This document shows, in pieces, positions 1 through 13,043 of a stretch of DNA of 64,000 nt. The first letter of the stretch is position 1. Each line of letters begins with the position of its first letter. Below the pieces are notes generated by a model. That model saw only the letters and a list, made by a program, of their open reading frames with translations. It was not told the DNA's origin and searched no databases. The stretch is from NCBI GenBank assembly GCA_951406725.2, contig OX597814.1:131502001-131566000 (forward strand). The letters are read 5' to 3'. The DNA is from Octopus vulgaris (Eukaryota). Position numbers and translations under genes: made by a program.

Positions 1-179
1 TCGTTTGTTTGTTTATGTGTTATACCCATCACTTTTCTTCGTTAAAATTTCCGCTCAGTCACATACATATCGGCCGCAAGCCAAATTTCTCTCTCACACA
101 CACACACACACTCTCCATCGTTCTCTGTCTTTCTTTCTCTCTCTCTGATGCTCGCACACACACACTTTTTTCTTCATTT

Positions 180-634
<455 letters not shown>

Positions 635-1117
635 CACACCGTTTACCAATTAAACAGCTTTATCTGTCTTTGTTATACACTTATTATTAGAGCTGGATAA
701 TGTTCGCCTCATTTGCTGAGTTTGTCGGAAGGACCCTTGCAGAACCCTTTTAAACCCTGTTAACTAAATGCTGTTGATATTTCATTTTAACTGTTGATGC
801 TGTGTAATCGCTTCTGTAGCATGCTGGAGGGATATAATTAGAATACCTCTGTCAGGTATCTTGTACATCCATTCCAACCGCATAAAATAACAAATCGTGT
901 TGAAAGAAGTTGATGAGGGCTCTGGACCAAGTGTGAGCTTGAAAGGAAATTCTTGCTTTCATTTGCATCCACCGAACAATAAAACAGAGATCTGTGGTTT
1001 CTTAGAATAGTAATTGTTTTCAGGATAGGCTCAAGGCTAGAAGTGTGTTTGTTGGGGCGAGGGTATAGCTGATTGTATTAAACCCTAGTACTCTTATATT
1101 ATCGACTCTGTAATAAA

Positions 1118-1695
1118 CCTGGCAGAAACGTTAGCACACCAGGCGAAATGTTTAGTGGTATTTCATCTGTCTTTACATTCTGAGTTCAAATTCCACCAAG
1201 GTCAACTTTGCCTTTCATTCTTTCAGGGTCGATAAATTAAGTACCAGTTACGCACTGGGTTAATGTAATCGACTTAATCCCTTTGTCTGTCCTTGTTTGT
1301 CCTCTCTGTGTTTAGCCCCTTGTGGGTAGTAAAGAAATAGGTATTTCGTCTGCTGCTACGTTCTGAGTTCAAATTCCGCCGAGGTCAACTCTGCCTTTCA
1401 TTCTTTCAGGGTCGATAAATTAAGTACCAGTTATGCACTGGTATCGATGTAATCGACTTAATCCCTTTGTCTGTCCTTGTTTGTCCCCTCTATGTTTAGC
1501 CCCTTGTGGGCAATAAAGAAATAAGAAATGTTGGTACACCAGGCGAAATGCTTAGTGGTATTTCGTCTGTCTTTACATTCTGAGTTCAACTTTGCCTTTC
1601 ATCCTTTCAAGAGTTGTTAAATTAAGTACCAGTTCCATACTGGGGTTGATCAAATCGATTGCCCCCCCTCCCCTTAAATTTTGAGCCTTGTCCCT
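1118..1695 (+). mobile_element. Tandem/partial copies of tRNA-derived SINE family B (Deu/Nin-like core)
   Basis: Repeated unit ctggcagaaacgttagc...gagttcaaattcc...ttgcctttcat..gggtcgataaattaagtaccag; many other copies in the window. Confidence 0.75.
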
Positions 1696-2205
1696 TGAGT
1701 CAAAGTTAGCCTCAGCAGGATTTGAGCAAGACATTAGTTCGAAAGCAGCAACATTTTTCAATGATAATTACAGTTTCTGAATTAGGCTCATTACAAGGGG
1801 CTTTGAGGAAAAGAGGTTAATCAATTACATTGACCCCAGTATTTGACTGGTTACTTTATTAACCCCAGAGGTATGAAAGGTAGAGTTGACATTGATGGGA
1901 TTTGAACTTCAGAGTGTAAAGAGCCTGAACAAATAACACAAGGTATTTTTCTGCTACTCTAAACGGTCTGCTAGTTCACTGCCTTAATAATAATATTAAT
2001 AATCTGTTCGTTGGCCTTTTAAAGAAGTCAAATAAAGTGTAGGTTAAAGAGAAAAGTATCCACCTTCAGTCCTCTTTCCCCGTAGCCACCAGGCAGAGAG
2101 AAACTGCTTACCCTTTCCAGCCAAATAAATAGAAGAGTATTTTCTTCATGTTGAACTTAGCTGATAGCCAGATGCTCTCTACGTGAACTACATCTGTTAG
2201 ACATG

Positions 2206-2706
2206 CAGTGATCCCTCGCTACTTCACGGCTTAACTATCACAGATTCACGACTTCATGGATTTTTAAAATATATATATATATATGAACGCCTAAATTTTG
2301 TCATGAAATCCATTAAGTTATTAATAATAAATATTATTTCCTAGTCTAGGAACAACAAAACAAGCATAAAATAGCAAAAAAGCATATACAGGGCTGTTTG
2401 AACTTCAGATGGGCTGTGATTGGTGCAATGGAGAGAGACGACGAATCACAGCTTTCTATTTTGTAATCTGGCCTGTGTAACAGTAACAATCTTTATTTTT
2501 TTAAATCTAAAGTGTTATTGCTTAACAGTTGTCCTTGTTATTAATAGACTACTGTAATGGGTGGGTTGTCAACAGTACAGGGAGGGTTTTAAAAGTCCAA
2601 ATACACGTTAAATAAATACTGTAAATATGGTGTCCCTACTTCGCGGAAATTCAGTTATCGTGGCCAGTCTCGGAACCAATCTACAGTGATAAACAAGGGA
2701 TCACTG
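2206..2706. mobile_element. Tigger/pogo-type non-autonomous DNA transposon (MITE)
   Basis: TIRs CAGTGATCCCT.../...AGGGATCACTG, TA at the right end; second inverted copy at 44186-45374. Confidence 0.75.
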
Positions 2707-2968
2707 TAATTCCCCAGATCAACAATACTTGGACATTGAATTTTCTTGGTTCTGCCTTTTGTGTAAGTTGACATTACAAATCTAACAGATTTCTAGTCTC
2801 TGCGAATATACTACATTCAATACTTAAATTTCAGCATCCTACTTCATTATCCCTGCTTATTTTGCCTGCCTATAATCACATGTTTCATATGTAATTGTAA
2901 TTCAATTACTATCTCCCTTTATACTTCTTTGTCTTATTCTCTCTCTCTCTTTCTTTCTCTTTATTTAG

Positions 2969-3178
2969 ACAACTTGCCTGCAAATTATCGCGCCTGTAAC
3001 ATCAAACCAGTCTTCAAAGATTCACCATTCATTAAAGCCTTTACAGAAGTGGCCGAGAATGGTCACGGATGTTTCAGCAATGAGACTGTCAATGGCAGTG
3101 AAGTCCATGTTGTCTTTCTAAGTAACCGCTTCAGGATCAATGGAGAAGTTTACCTGGAAATAATCACAAAAAATAAAA
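2969..3178 (+). CDS. TGFBR3: TGFBR3-like exon 1 in window (orphan domain start; DNLPANYRACNIKP...GCFSNETVNGSEVHVVFL...KNK), phase 1-1
   Basis: ttatttag acceptor, gtaagt donor, 210 nt open frame; GC..EVHV motif of the betaglycan orphan domain. Confidence 0.88.
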
Positions 3179-4075
3179 GTAAGTTTTCTTTCAAATGTCA
3201 ATCATTTTCCTTGTGTTTTTCATTCGTTTTATCTCCTTACAGATCTTCGTTTTTTTCTCTTCTTTTAGTTACTTGAGTGTAAGTCTTTGCAGGTCATTCA
3301 ATTTTGTGCATTATCCTGATCAATATATGACAGCAGTAGACTACACTTGTTCTTTCAGTGTAGAATTATCGGAGCTAGGCTGGCCCATTCCAACTCAGCA
3401 TTTTGTCATGTTACAGTCTTTCATCATTTGTCATGATCTTTCATCACTTGTCACGGTCTTTCATCATCTCACTTATCTGTTCTAGCTCAGTGTTTCACTG
3501 TTTATCTTGTCTTTCATCATTTCACAACAAAGAAAAAAAAAAAAAACCATCAATCCTATGGTGTATATCTTACTCTTTATAGCTAGATGCCTTGCCTTTC
3601 ACCAGCCACATTACATTATGCATGGGTATATTTTGTATTACCACTATCACAACTGCTATAGCTATATCATTACAGAGACAAAGCAGTTGAATAGATAAAT
3701 ATGACTACATTACCTTCTCGTAGGTCATAAGTTCAAATCTACTGTGGGTATGTTGTGGTTCTATAATGTAAAATACAGAACTCTCTAATCTATATTGTCT
3801 CAGTTAACTCATTTGTCCAGAACAGATATGAACTCGTGTAGTATATGAAATCGTGTAGCTGGTCTCTTCTTCAGGGTAAGATTTTATCCAACTACTTAAC
3901 TCTATTAAAACCAGAACTAACAAACCCATTTTTAAAAGCCCTGCAAGGCTTAAGGAGGATATCTTTATTTGTTATGTTACGTTAGGATAGTGGAAATAGC
4001 TCAATGAAATAGTTAAATTATTATTACAGTTAAATCATTATTACAGTGAGAAAGAAATGCTTACAGCACTTATGT

Positions 4076-4312
4076 TTCTTATTTCTTTATTGCCCACTAG
4101 GGGCTAAACATAGAGGGGACAAACAAGGACAGACAAAGGGATTAAGTTGATTACATCGACTCCTGTGTGTAACTGGTACTTATTTAATCGACCCCCAAGA
4201 GGATGAAAGGCAAAGTTGACCTCAACGAAATTTGAACTCAGAATGTAACGGCAGACGAAATACTGTTAAGCATTTCGCCCAGCATGCTAACGATTCTGCC
4301 AGCTCGCCACCC
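4076..4312 (-). mobile_element. SINE family B, near full length
   Basis: Reverse complement of the 1118-1525 and 51454-51683 units. Confidence 0.8.
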
Positions 4313-4504
4313 TAATGTAATATAGAACTTAAAATCACATTGTTATGTAGCAAGCTCCATATCCACACAACTAGTGATGAGTTGAAATCAAAACAGATTT
4401 GACATGACATTCTCCATCTTCCTAGGTGCATGGGCAGCCCTTTTTTCACTTTTCCTATTCAGAAGGTTTTTTTAACCCGATATTTACACCTTAATGTTTA
4501 TAGT

Positions 4505-4745
4505 GGAGGTGCTTGGCTTAGTGGTTAAGAATGTTGGACTTGTGATCATAAGATTGTGGTTTCAGTTCCTAAACTTGGCAGCACATTGTGTTCTTGAGCA
4601 AAACACTTCATTTCACATTGCTCCAGTCCACTCAGCTGGGAAAAGTGAGTAATCCTGTGATGGACTGGCATCCCATCCAGGTGGGGAATTTATACGCCAC
4701 GAAACTGGGAAACTGGCCCTTATGAGTAGGCGTGACTCACAAAGA
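4505..4745 (+). mobile_element. tRNA-derived SINE family D
   Basis: A/B-box head ggcttagtggtta...ggtttcagttcct and body ttgtgttcttgagcaaaacactt...gatggactggcatccc; related copies near 33946, 47925, 48934, 55190, 55554. Confidence 0.7.
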
Positions 4746-6063
4746 TAACTTTCCCTTTTTTTGTTTTTTAATCTTATAATTTATAGTTTTTTCTACTTTT
4801 GAATTCAACCATTAAAAATATTAAAGCAGGGTACCTGTAATACACCAATGTCTATTCTCTTGAAAATATTGCTCTCCTTTCGTGCACTTGTCCTCATGCC
4901 AATGCTGAAGAGTGAAATCAATATTTGGTATAGCGTTTTGGTGGTCTACATACTAACAATGTCTGCTAGGATTGCTATTGCCATGCTTTCTGTTCTTTCT
5001 CTTCTCTTCCTTTCTTTCTTCTCTTTTTCTATAATAATCAAAGATCAGTGGTGTTAATAGTTGACCTTTGCTATCACCTATGTTGACCTGTTCAAATTTT
5101 CTTTATATCGATTCAATATATATATATTTATATATATGTGTGTGTGTATGTGTATTACAAAATATATATATTTTGTGTGTGTGTGTGTGGGTGCGTGCGC
5201 GTGTGCGTAGCTTTAACCTAACCTGACAGTTTAAGGGTTGTATGTTAGCGTATGCATATGCGTATATATGTCACCCACACAAGCATGTACACCAATGCAT
5301 ATATACACACATGCTATACTTAATGTGTAGGATACATACATACACGCACACATATATATATAGTGTGTGTGTATTATATATATATATATATATATATAGA
5401 TCATGGTGATGATGAAAACACACACACACACACACACACATTGGCAAAAATTCGGTCTTAGTGGGTGGAAATTCAAATGATTGCTTTCTCATAGAGCATG
5501 CATACACTCTTTCACACTCACTTGTGCACACACACACACACGCACACTGACTTTGTGTTCAATGAATGATGATGTTAAGGAAAAGGAGGAAGAATTTTGC
5601 TAATGACGACAAAATAAAGAAAAACACTTCGTATACCATCACTCCTGCCACAACCAACACCACCACCACTACCACTGCCACCTCTACTACTACTACTACC
5701 TTCTACTACTACTACCTTCATCATCACCTGTGACATCAACCATGTTCTAGTTTTCACTTCTAATGAGAATAATGATATTTATATTATTAATATTAATCAT
5801 AACAAAGGCAGCAAGCTGGCAGAATCGTTAGCACTCCAGGTGAAATGCATGGTGGCATTTCGTCTGTCTTCAGGTTCTGAGTTCAAATTTGATCAAGGTT
5901 GACTTTGCTTTACATCCTTTCGGGGTTGATAAAATAAGTACCAGTTGAACACTGGGGTCAATGTAATCGACATCCCCCACCTCCCGAAATTGCTGGCTTT
6001 GTGCCAAAATTTGAAGACAATATTAATCACAACACACCATGAAGAAGAGATGATTAGCTGAGT

Positions 6064-6479
6064 TACTCTCTTTTACTTGTTTCAGTCATTTGACTGTGGT
6101 CATACTGGAGCACCACTTTTAGTCGAGCAAATTGACCCCAGGACTTATTCTTTGTAAGCCTAGTACTTATTCTATTGGTCTCTTTTGCTGAACTGCTAAG
6201 TTACGGGGACGTACACACACCAGCATCAGTTGTCAAGCGATGTTTGGGGACAAACACAGACACACATACACACACACACGCACATACAAACATATACATA
6301 TACATACACATATATACGACAGGCTTCTTTCAGTTTCTGTCTATCAAATCCACTCACAAAGCTTTGGTCGGTTTGAGGCTATAGTAGAAGACACTTGCCC
6401 AAGGTGCCACGCAGTGAGACTGAACCCGGAACCATGTGGTTCGTAAGCAAGATACTTACCACACAGCCACTTCTACACC
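6064..6479 (-). mobile_element. tRNA-derived SINE family A, full length, with internal microsatellite and (GTAAAAGA)n tail
   Basis: Reverse complement of the 26043-26438 copy. Confidence 0.85.
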
Positions 6480-6679
6480 TAAAGAGTTGTTAAAGTGTTG
6501 TACAAATTGCCTGCCAGCAGTTTGTTTTGGCTCTTTTATCTTCTGGGTTCAAATTCTTTAGGGGGTCTACGTTGCCTTTCGTCCTCCTGGTGCTGATAAA
6601 ATAAAATACCAGCCAAATACTAAGGCCGATATATTTGATTGTTCCATTCCATACACTACTAACTTTGAAACCATGTGCC

Positions 6680-6838
6680 CAGGGGCAAACTGAGAGTATT
6701 AAAGGCCCTCAAGCATAACTGTTTACTGGGGCCCCTTTGAATGTGTGTTTTAGTAGAGTTAACATGTAGGGTGCAGGCCCCTCAGAGCTCCGGACCCCCA
6801 GCCAGTGCTTGATTGACTGACGGCTCAGTCCACCCCTG
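6680..6838. mobile_element. hAT-type MITE (159 bp)
   Basis: Imperfect TIR CAGGGGCAAACTGAG / CTCAGTCCACCCCTG and perfect 8-bp TSD CATGTGCC (6672-6679, 6839-6846). Confidence 0.8.
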
Positions 6839-6876
6839 CATGTGCCTATGTTCAAACCAAATGTCCAAAACAATAT

Positions 6877-6912
6877 ATGCTGCTGCTGCTACTGCTACTG
6901 CTACTGCTACTG

Positions 6913-6944
<32 letters not shown>

Positions 6945-6966
6945 GTTACTGCTGCTGCTGCTACTT

Positions 6967-7036
<70 letters not shown>
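6877..7036. repeat. (CTA/CTG)n trinucleotide repeat
   Basis: Direct observation. Confidence 0.95.
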
Positions 7037-7563
7037 ACTGGTACCACAACTGCTATTTCTGCTATATCCACCAGTACTATATTTGCTACCGTAACTACTG
7101 CTGCTGCCCATACCTACCTGTAAACTTATCTATCAATCTGCCTACCAACTAATTTTCTACCTGTGTACTTAATACCACCTGCCTGCCAAAACCACCACCA
7201 CTGCTGCCGCCGCCACTGCTGCTACTACTACTACTATTGAGCCAGGAATTGTTTGGGCCATGTGTTGGTGATGGTGGCAGAGTAAAGCTTGAGTTTGATT
7301 GGAATCTGGGTTTCAGATTGGTCCAAAGATAGCCAGCAACAATGGTGAAAACGGTGAGACTTGACAAAAGATCATAAGGTGGACGACTTAATCTAGCAGC
7401 TTCTCATGCAGACATTGCTGAAGGCATTGTTGATGTCAAGTGTAACAACATTGCATTTTGTAGAAGTTCACAAGAGTCAGTGACCTAAGAAAAGCCAGCC
7501 TCCAGTAGATCCGCTTCTACTGAAACCATAAAAATAATCGCTGAGGAGGAAGAGAGTGAGAGT

Positions 7564-7601
<38 letters not shown>

Positions 7602-8325
7602 AAGGTGATGAAGAACGTGGTTGTTAAATGTCTACTTTCATTATCTTTGAGATGTTTGAATTGTGAGAGAAATTTCTCTTTTTAAGAATAGAAGAAACTG
7701 TTGCATGTTTCTGAAGATTATGATTGATTTTTGGAGAGAGAAGGGGAGAGAGAGAGAGAGAGAGAGAGTGTGTGTGTGAGAGAGGGAGCAGAGAGAGAGA
7801 GAGAGAGAGAGAGATCTTGAGTTCATTGAGGCCAGGATTTAGCTCTGGAGCACAGTGAACAAGTGTAATGGAAGGGATGCTGTCAAGACCGATTATATTA
7901 CAGAGATGGAAGAACCTGGGAAGTTTTTCATACTGGCATATTGGTTACTGTGTGTGTGGAATGGTGGTGAGATTTGGAGTGTGGAGAATTTCCGAAGACT
8001 TCTGTTGATTGCATGCAGTGTACAATGTACATTTGGAAACAAAAGTGAACAACAAATAAGGAGATTTTTTTTTTTGCGTTTTTTTTTCATCTTCTTTTTT
8101 TTATTTTTTATCCCAGCAAGTTTGCTACTGATAGTTCCATCTTGGTGTAGGAGTGGTATGCAGGAGGATTCTGCAAAGTTTCTAGAAGCCCCTTGGCAAG
8201 GGTCCAGAAGATTCACATGCAGTTTGGCATTAGAGGGATGTGAGAAAGAGCATGAGAGAAGAAAAGGAGAGAGAGAGAGAGAGAGAGGGGGATTCCAGTA
8301 TAATAATGTATGCTGAAAGAGGGAA

Positions 8326-8362
<37 letters not shown>

Positions 8363-8713
8363 AGGTGGATTGCTAATGTAATGTATGCTGAGAGAGAGAA
8401 GGCAAAGGAATTTAGGATAGATAGACTTCCTAGAACAACATTGAACAGAATACTACATGCTGTATCACATGATCAAATGGAAAGAGCATGTCATGTGACA
8501 ACAACCGAAATAAGTAAAAAAAAATAACACATTAATATTGTTTTATCTGTTGCTTATATTTTTTATACATTATATTGTGATAATTATGTTTAATGCATCA
8601 AATGAATTTAAGAAATATAATTTTAATCCATTTCTGAAAGGGGAATTATAATGATGATCCCTTATTTATTTACTGTATGTATATATATATAGATATATAT
8701 ATATATATATATG

Positions 8714-8872
8714 TACATACATATAAGAGGGATGACCACTATGTGGACAACCCTTATGCTAGAAGTAGATCTGCTATGGTCTCGAGAACATTTCTTAGTG
8801 ATAAGACCATAGTGGATCTACTTCTAGCATAAGGGTTGTCCACATAGTGGTCATCCCTCTCATATGTATGTA
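8714..8872. repeat. Long inverted repeat, about 69-bp arms and 21-nt loop
   Basis: 8714-8782 is near-complementary to 8804-8872. Confidence 0.9.
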
Positions 8873-9022
8873 ATACAATTTACTGAACCTTCAGATTTTT
8901 TTTAGATGCTAGACCACTTGTTTTAAATTGATGTTAATTAAATTAATATCCAATTTTTCACCCTCATTTTAAATATAGGTGTATTTATGTATATATATAT
9001 ATATATATGCCTTGTTTTTCAG

Positions 9023-9132
9023 GGCAAAGCCATCCTAATCCATTAATTATTATCCTGGGTTCCCGGAAGCAAGTAACATGGAAAGTTCGCTTACCAAATA
9101 TAGACAGCGGCAGAGGTGAACATCTAATTGTT
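9023..9132 (+). CDS. TGFBR3: TGFBR3-like exon 2 (RQSHPNPLIIILGSRKQVTWKVRL...HLIV), phase 1-0
   Basis: tttttcag / gtaagt; phase fits neighbours; resembles betaglycan VFLLNSPHPLVWHL. Confidence 0.88.
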
Positions 9133-11213
9133 GTAAGTATTGGAATTTATTACCATAATGCTTCGTTTTCATTGCTACTATTTTTTATGCATATGAGTAT
9201 GTTCATGTGTGTATTTAATATACATACATGTACACTCACACACACATTGCATAAATACTTGCATACACTATGCATGTATGCACAAAGGGAATGGTGTATC
9301 TGTTTATAATATTTATCTGGCTTGCATATCTAAACTCTATTGTTGGTAACTGTCATTAGTTTGTGTGCCTTAATTAGCATTGCATGAGCAAATTTATAAT
9401 GCTTACACAGCTGATCGAATTCATTTGTGTCAGTCAGACAAATAAAAACGTACAAATAAAATTAGGGCAATATTTTTATTCTCTTATTCATTTCAGTCAT
9501 TTGACTGCAGCCATGCTGGAGCACCGCCTTTAGTCGAACAAATTGACCCCAGGACCTATTCTTTGTAAGCCTGGTACTTATTCTATCGGTCTCTTTTGCC
9601 GAACTGCTAAGTTACGGGGACGTAAACACACCAACATCAGTTGTCAAATGATAGTGGTGGTGGTGGTGGTGGTGGGGTAACAAATGCATACATATATAAA
9701 TATATATATGACAGGCTTCTTTCAGTTTCCATCTAACAAATCCACTCACAAGGCTTTGGTCAGCCCAAGGCTATACGCAGAAACTGAGCCCACTGTGTGG
9801 TTGGTAAACTTGTCACCATAGGTGTCACGCATATATATATGTGTGTGTGTGTGTGTTTATGTATGTATATATATTAAGAGAAGGCCAGTCATTAAAGCAT
9901 TTGCTTCTATTTGTTTTTAAATATATTGATTTCTCTGGCTGACAACATGTGGAGACCTATTTAGTAGATAAGGGGTGGAGACTAGCTGACTGAATTGAAC
10001 CACAGTATATAACTAGTGCATATTTCCTTATCCCTCTCTCCATATCGATAAAAAGAAAGTCACCAAGTTTGCTGTCCAAATTGATGCCATTACTAAACCC
10101 TTTAATATTTAAACCAACCATATCAGGCACAAACATTCTACATTCCCATCTGTTCAAACTGGCCAGATTCAACTTCTTACACCTACCCTACAATGTCATT
10201 CTAAAAATAAATAATCGAATCATCAAAGATCTCAGTGCTCCAAAGTCGTGCATGATTAATTCAAAACAATGTGGATGAATAAGCATTACATTTGATCGAG
10301 TAATATGAATGCTGAAGGGTTAACCTTACTTTTGGATATTCTTTGAAAAACTCATTCTGTTGCAAGCATTTGAATCAGGCCTTCAAATTCCTTCTCACTT
10401 AGGTTTGTCTTGTGAATACTCAAGCTAAGTATTTTCTTTACCATCTTGAAGGATTTTCCATATTCATAGACACTGCGGCTGACTTCTAATAAATGGTGTT
10501 AAATGGCCCCTGTGCCGGTGGCACGTAAAAAGCACCCACTACACTCACGGAGTGGTTGGTGTTAGTTAGGAAGGGCATCCAGCTGTAGAAACACTGCCAG
10601 ATCAGACTGGATCCTGGCGCAACCTCCTGGATTCCCAGACACTGGTCGAACCGTCCAACCCATGCTAGCACGGAAAACAGACGTTAAACGATGATGATGA
10701 ACTACAACATTATATAGTAGATGAGATCAACCCCTGTCGAAATTTCAATTTCAATTACTGAGCGACTGAGATTTTTGCAGTGGTAGGAGTCAGAGATAGT
10801 CGATAACATTGACCCCACCCCCACCCCACCCCCAGTGCTCAACTGGCACTTATTTCATTGAACTTGAACTACTGTTCAAGGATGAATGCCAAAACCAGCC
10901 TTAGTGGAATTTGAACTCAGAATGCAAAAACGGACAGAATTCTCTAAGCATATTGTCCAGCTTGCTAACAATCCTGCCCAGTGTACCCATCATGACTACC
11001 CGTCTGATAAGAGTACATGTCCCTGTAACATTTCCTTTGCCATTGCTTTTGTGGCAATAAAAAGAAAAAGATTGCCATTGTTTTTGTTCTTGTGATAGAC
11101 TACAGATTGTCTTTTCTCAGATGCCATTCTAATCCCTGAATACATAGCAGACATGAGAGCAGGATTATAAATGCCAGTGGTGGGAATGAAAGCCTAAAAT
11201 ATTTTGAAATCTA

Positions 11214-11754
11214 TTGGGTTGTCCAGAAAGTTTGTGTCGATTTTTAAAGGAAAGAAAAAGGTCAATAAATACTTGCCATTACATTTTTAATCAACCAAAT
11301 ATGAACCATTTTGTTGCACAATGCATCTCCATCTTCCCAGAACTGAGGGGGTTTCATGGCAAAGAATTCATCAAGGTATCTTTTTACGTCATCCAAGGAA
11401 TTGAAATTTTTACCATTAAGACTATTCTGCAGAGACCTGAATAAGTGGAAATCTGAAGGAGCAATATCTGGTGAAGACGGAGGGTGGGGTAACACATCCC
11501 AGCCGAGCTGCAGCAATTTTTGTCTGGTTCCCAAAGCATCAAGTGCCGAAAATGAACTTTCTTATCTTCCATTTTAAAGGGTTACAGAATTAACACAGGT
11601 TATAGGAACATAAACCTTCTTCCAAGAAAAGATAGCTTAAACTGTGCTCTAAATGGAGGTGTAGTCAAATCCTATTTTATGGACTCAACCATGTTCTTAA
11701 GTAAGTCGAAATGTAAGCTACTATAAATCGGCACGAACTTTCCGGACATCCCAA
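11214..11754 (-). mobile_element. Internally deleted mariner element (DD34D transposase relic)
   Basis: TIRs TTGGGTTGTCCAGAAAGTT / AACTTTCCGGACATCCCAA with TA on both sides; MEDKKVHFRHLMLW start fused to LGWDVLPHPPSSPDIAPSDFHLFRSLQN. Confidence 0.92.
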
Positions 11755-12216
11755 TACCATGATCTATGACAACAGATGAGATGGAATAGCAGTGATGGTA
11801 GCAGTGGCTTTATTTTTGATAATGGAGGAGGTTGAGAAAGAGGAGGAGAAACATAATCTAGGAGATTTCTTGCAAAAATCTGGGTCATTTAGTTTTAAAT
11901 ACAAAATTAAATTTGTTTCCTGCCCCACATAAATATTATTACTTTCTCAACTAGTTTGACTGACAGATTGAACATTAGTGTCAAATGTTCTAATATATAA
12001 AACAGAATGATGTTGTTGTTGTTGACATCATTATTTAACCCCAGGTCATCTCTGATTAAGTAGACCTATTATCAAAAGCATTCCTCCCATAATCATATTT
12101 AACACTATGATATCCAATGTTGTCTCAGATGTTAACTTATTTATGAGAGTAGGGTGGGATTTATGGAAACTTTGGCTGCTATTTCTAGCTGGCTGAATAG
12201 TCACGTAAAGCCAGTT

Positions 12217-13043
12217 ACTCTTTTTACCCTTTTACTTGTTTCAGTATATTTGACTGGGGCCATGCTGGAGCACCGCCTTTAGTTGAGCAAATCGACCCCA
12301 GGACTTATTCTTTGTAAGCCTAGTACTTATTCTATCGGTATCTTTTGCCGAATCGCTAAGTTATGGGGACGTAAACACACCAACATTGGTTGTCCAGCGA
12401 TGGTAGGGGGACAAACACAGACACACACACACATATATAAGTGCAGGAGTGGCTGTGTGGTAAGTAGCTTGCTTACCAACCACATGGTTCTGGGTTCAGT
12501 CCCACTATGTAGCACCTTCGGCAAGTGTCTTCTACTATAACCTTGGGCCGACCAGAGCCTTGTGAGTGGATTTGGTAGGCGGAAACTGATAGAAGCCCAT
12601 TGTAAATATGTGTGTGTATATATATATATATGTATATATACATGTATGTATGTGTATATGTTTGTATGTCTGTTCCCCCCCACCAACATCGCTTGATAAC
12701 TGATGCTGGTGTGTTTACATCCCTGTAACTTAGCAGTTCATCAAAAGAGACTGATAGAATAAGTGCTAGGCTTACAAATAATAAGTCCTGGGGTCGATTT
12801 GCTCGACTAAAGGTGGTGCTCCAGCATGGTCACAGTCAAATGACTGTAACAAGTAAAAGAGTAAAGTAAAAAGAGAGAGCATATGACGGGCTTTTTTCAG
12901 CTTCCGTCTACCATATCCACTCACAAGGCTTTGGTCGACCCAAAGCTATAAGTAGAAGACACTTGTCCATGGTCCCATGCAGCGAGATTGAACCTGAAAC
13001 CATGTGGTTGGGAAGCAAGCTTCTTACCACACAGCCACATCTG
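12217..13043. mobile_element. Nested SINE A: full + copy (12441-12880) inserted into the internal microsatellite of a - copy (12217-12440 + 12881-13043)
   Basis: The two halves of the - copy rejoin across the + copy. Confidence 0.85.

Noticed and set aside
660-1030. Candidate first (signal peptide) exon of the receptor gene
   Set aside because: No ATG-initiated hydrophobic peptide ending at a phase-1 donor was found; the exon is probably upstream of the window
7855-8316. 153-aa ORF in GC-richer sequence
   Set aside because: No recognisable motif, crosses poly-T and (GA)n runs, and does not fit the splice model
9957-10278. Possible retroelement coding relic
   Set aside because: No diagnostic motif could be read with confidence
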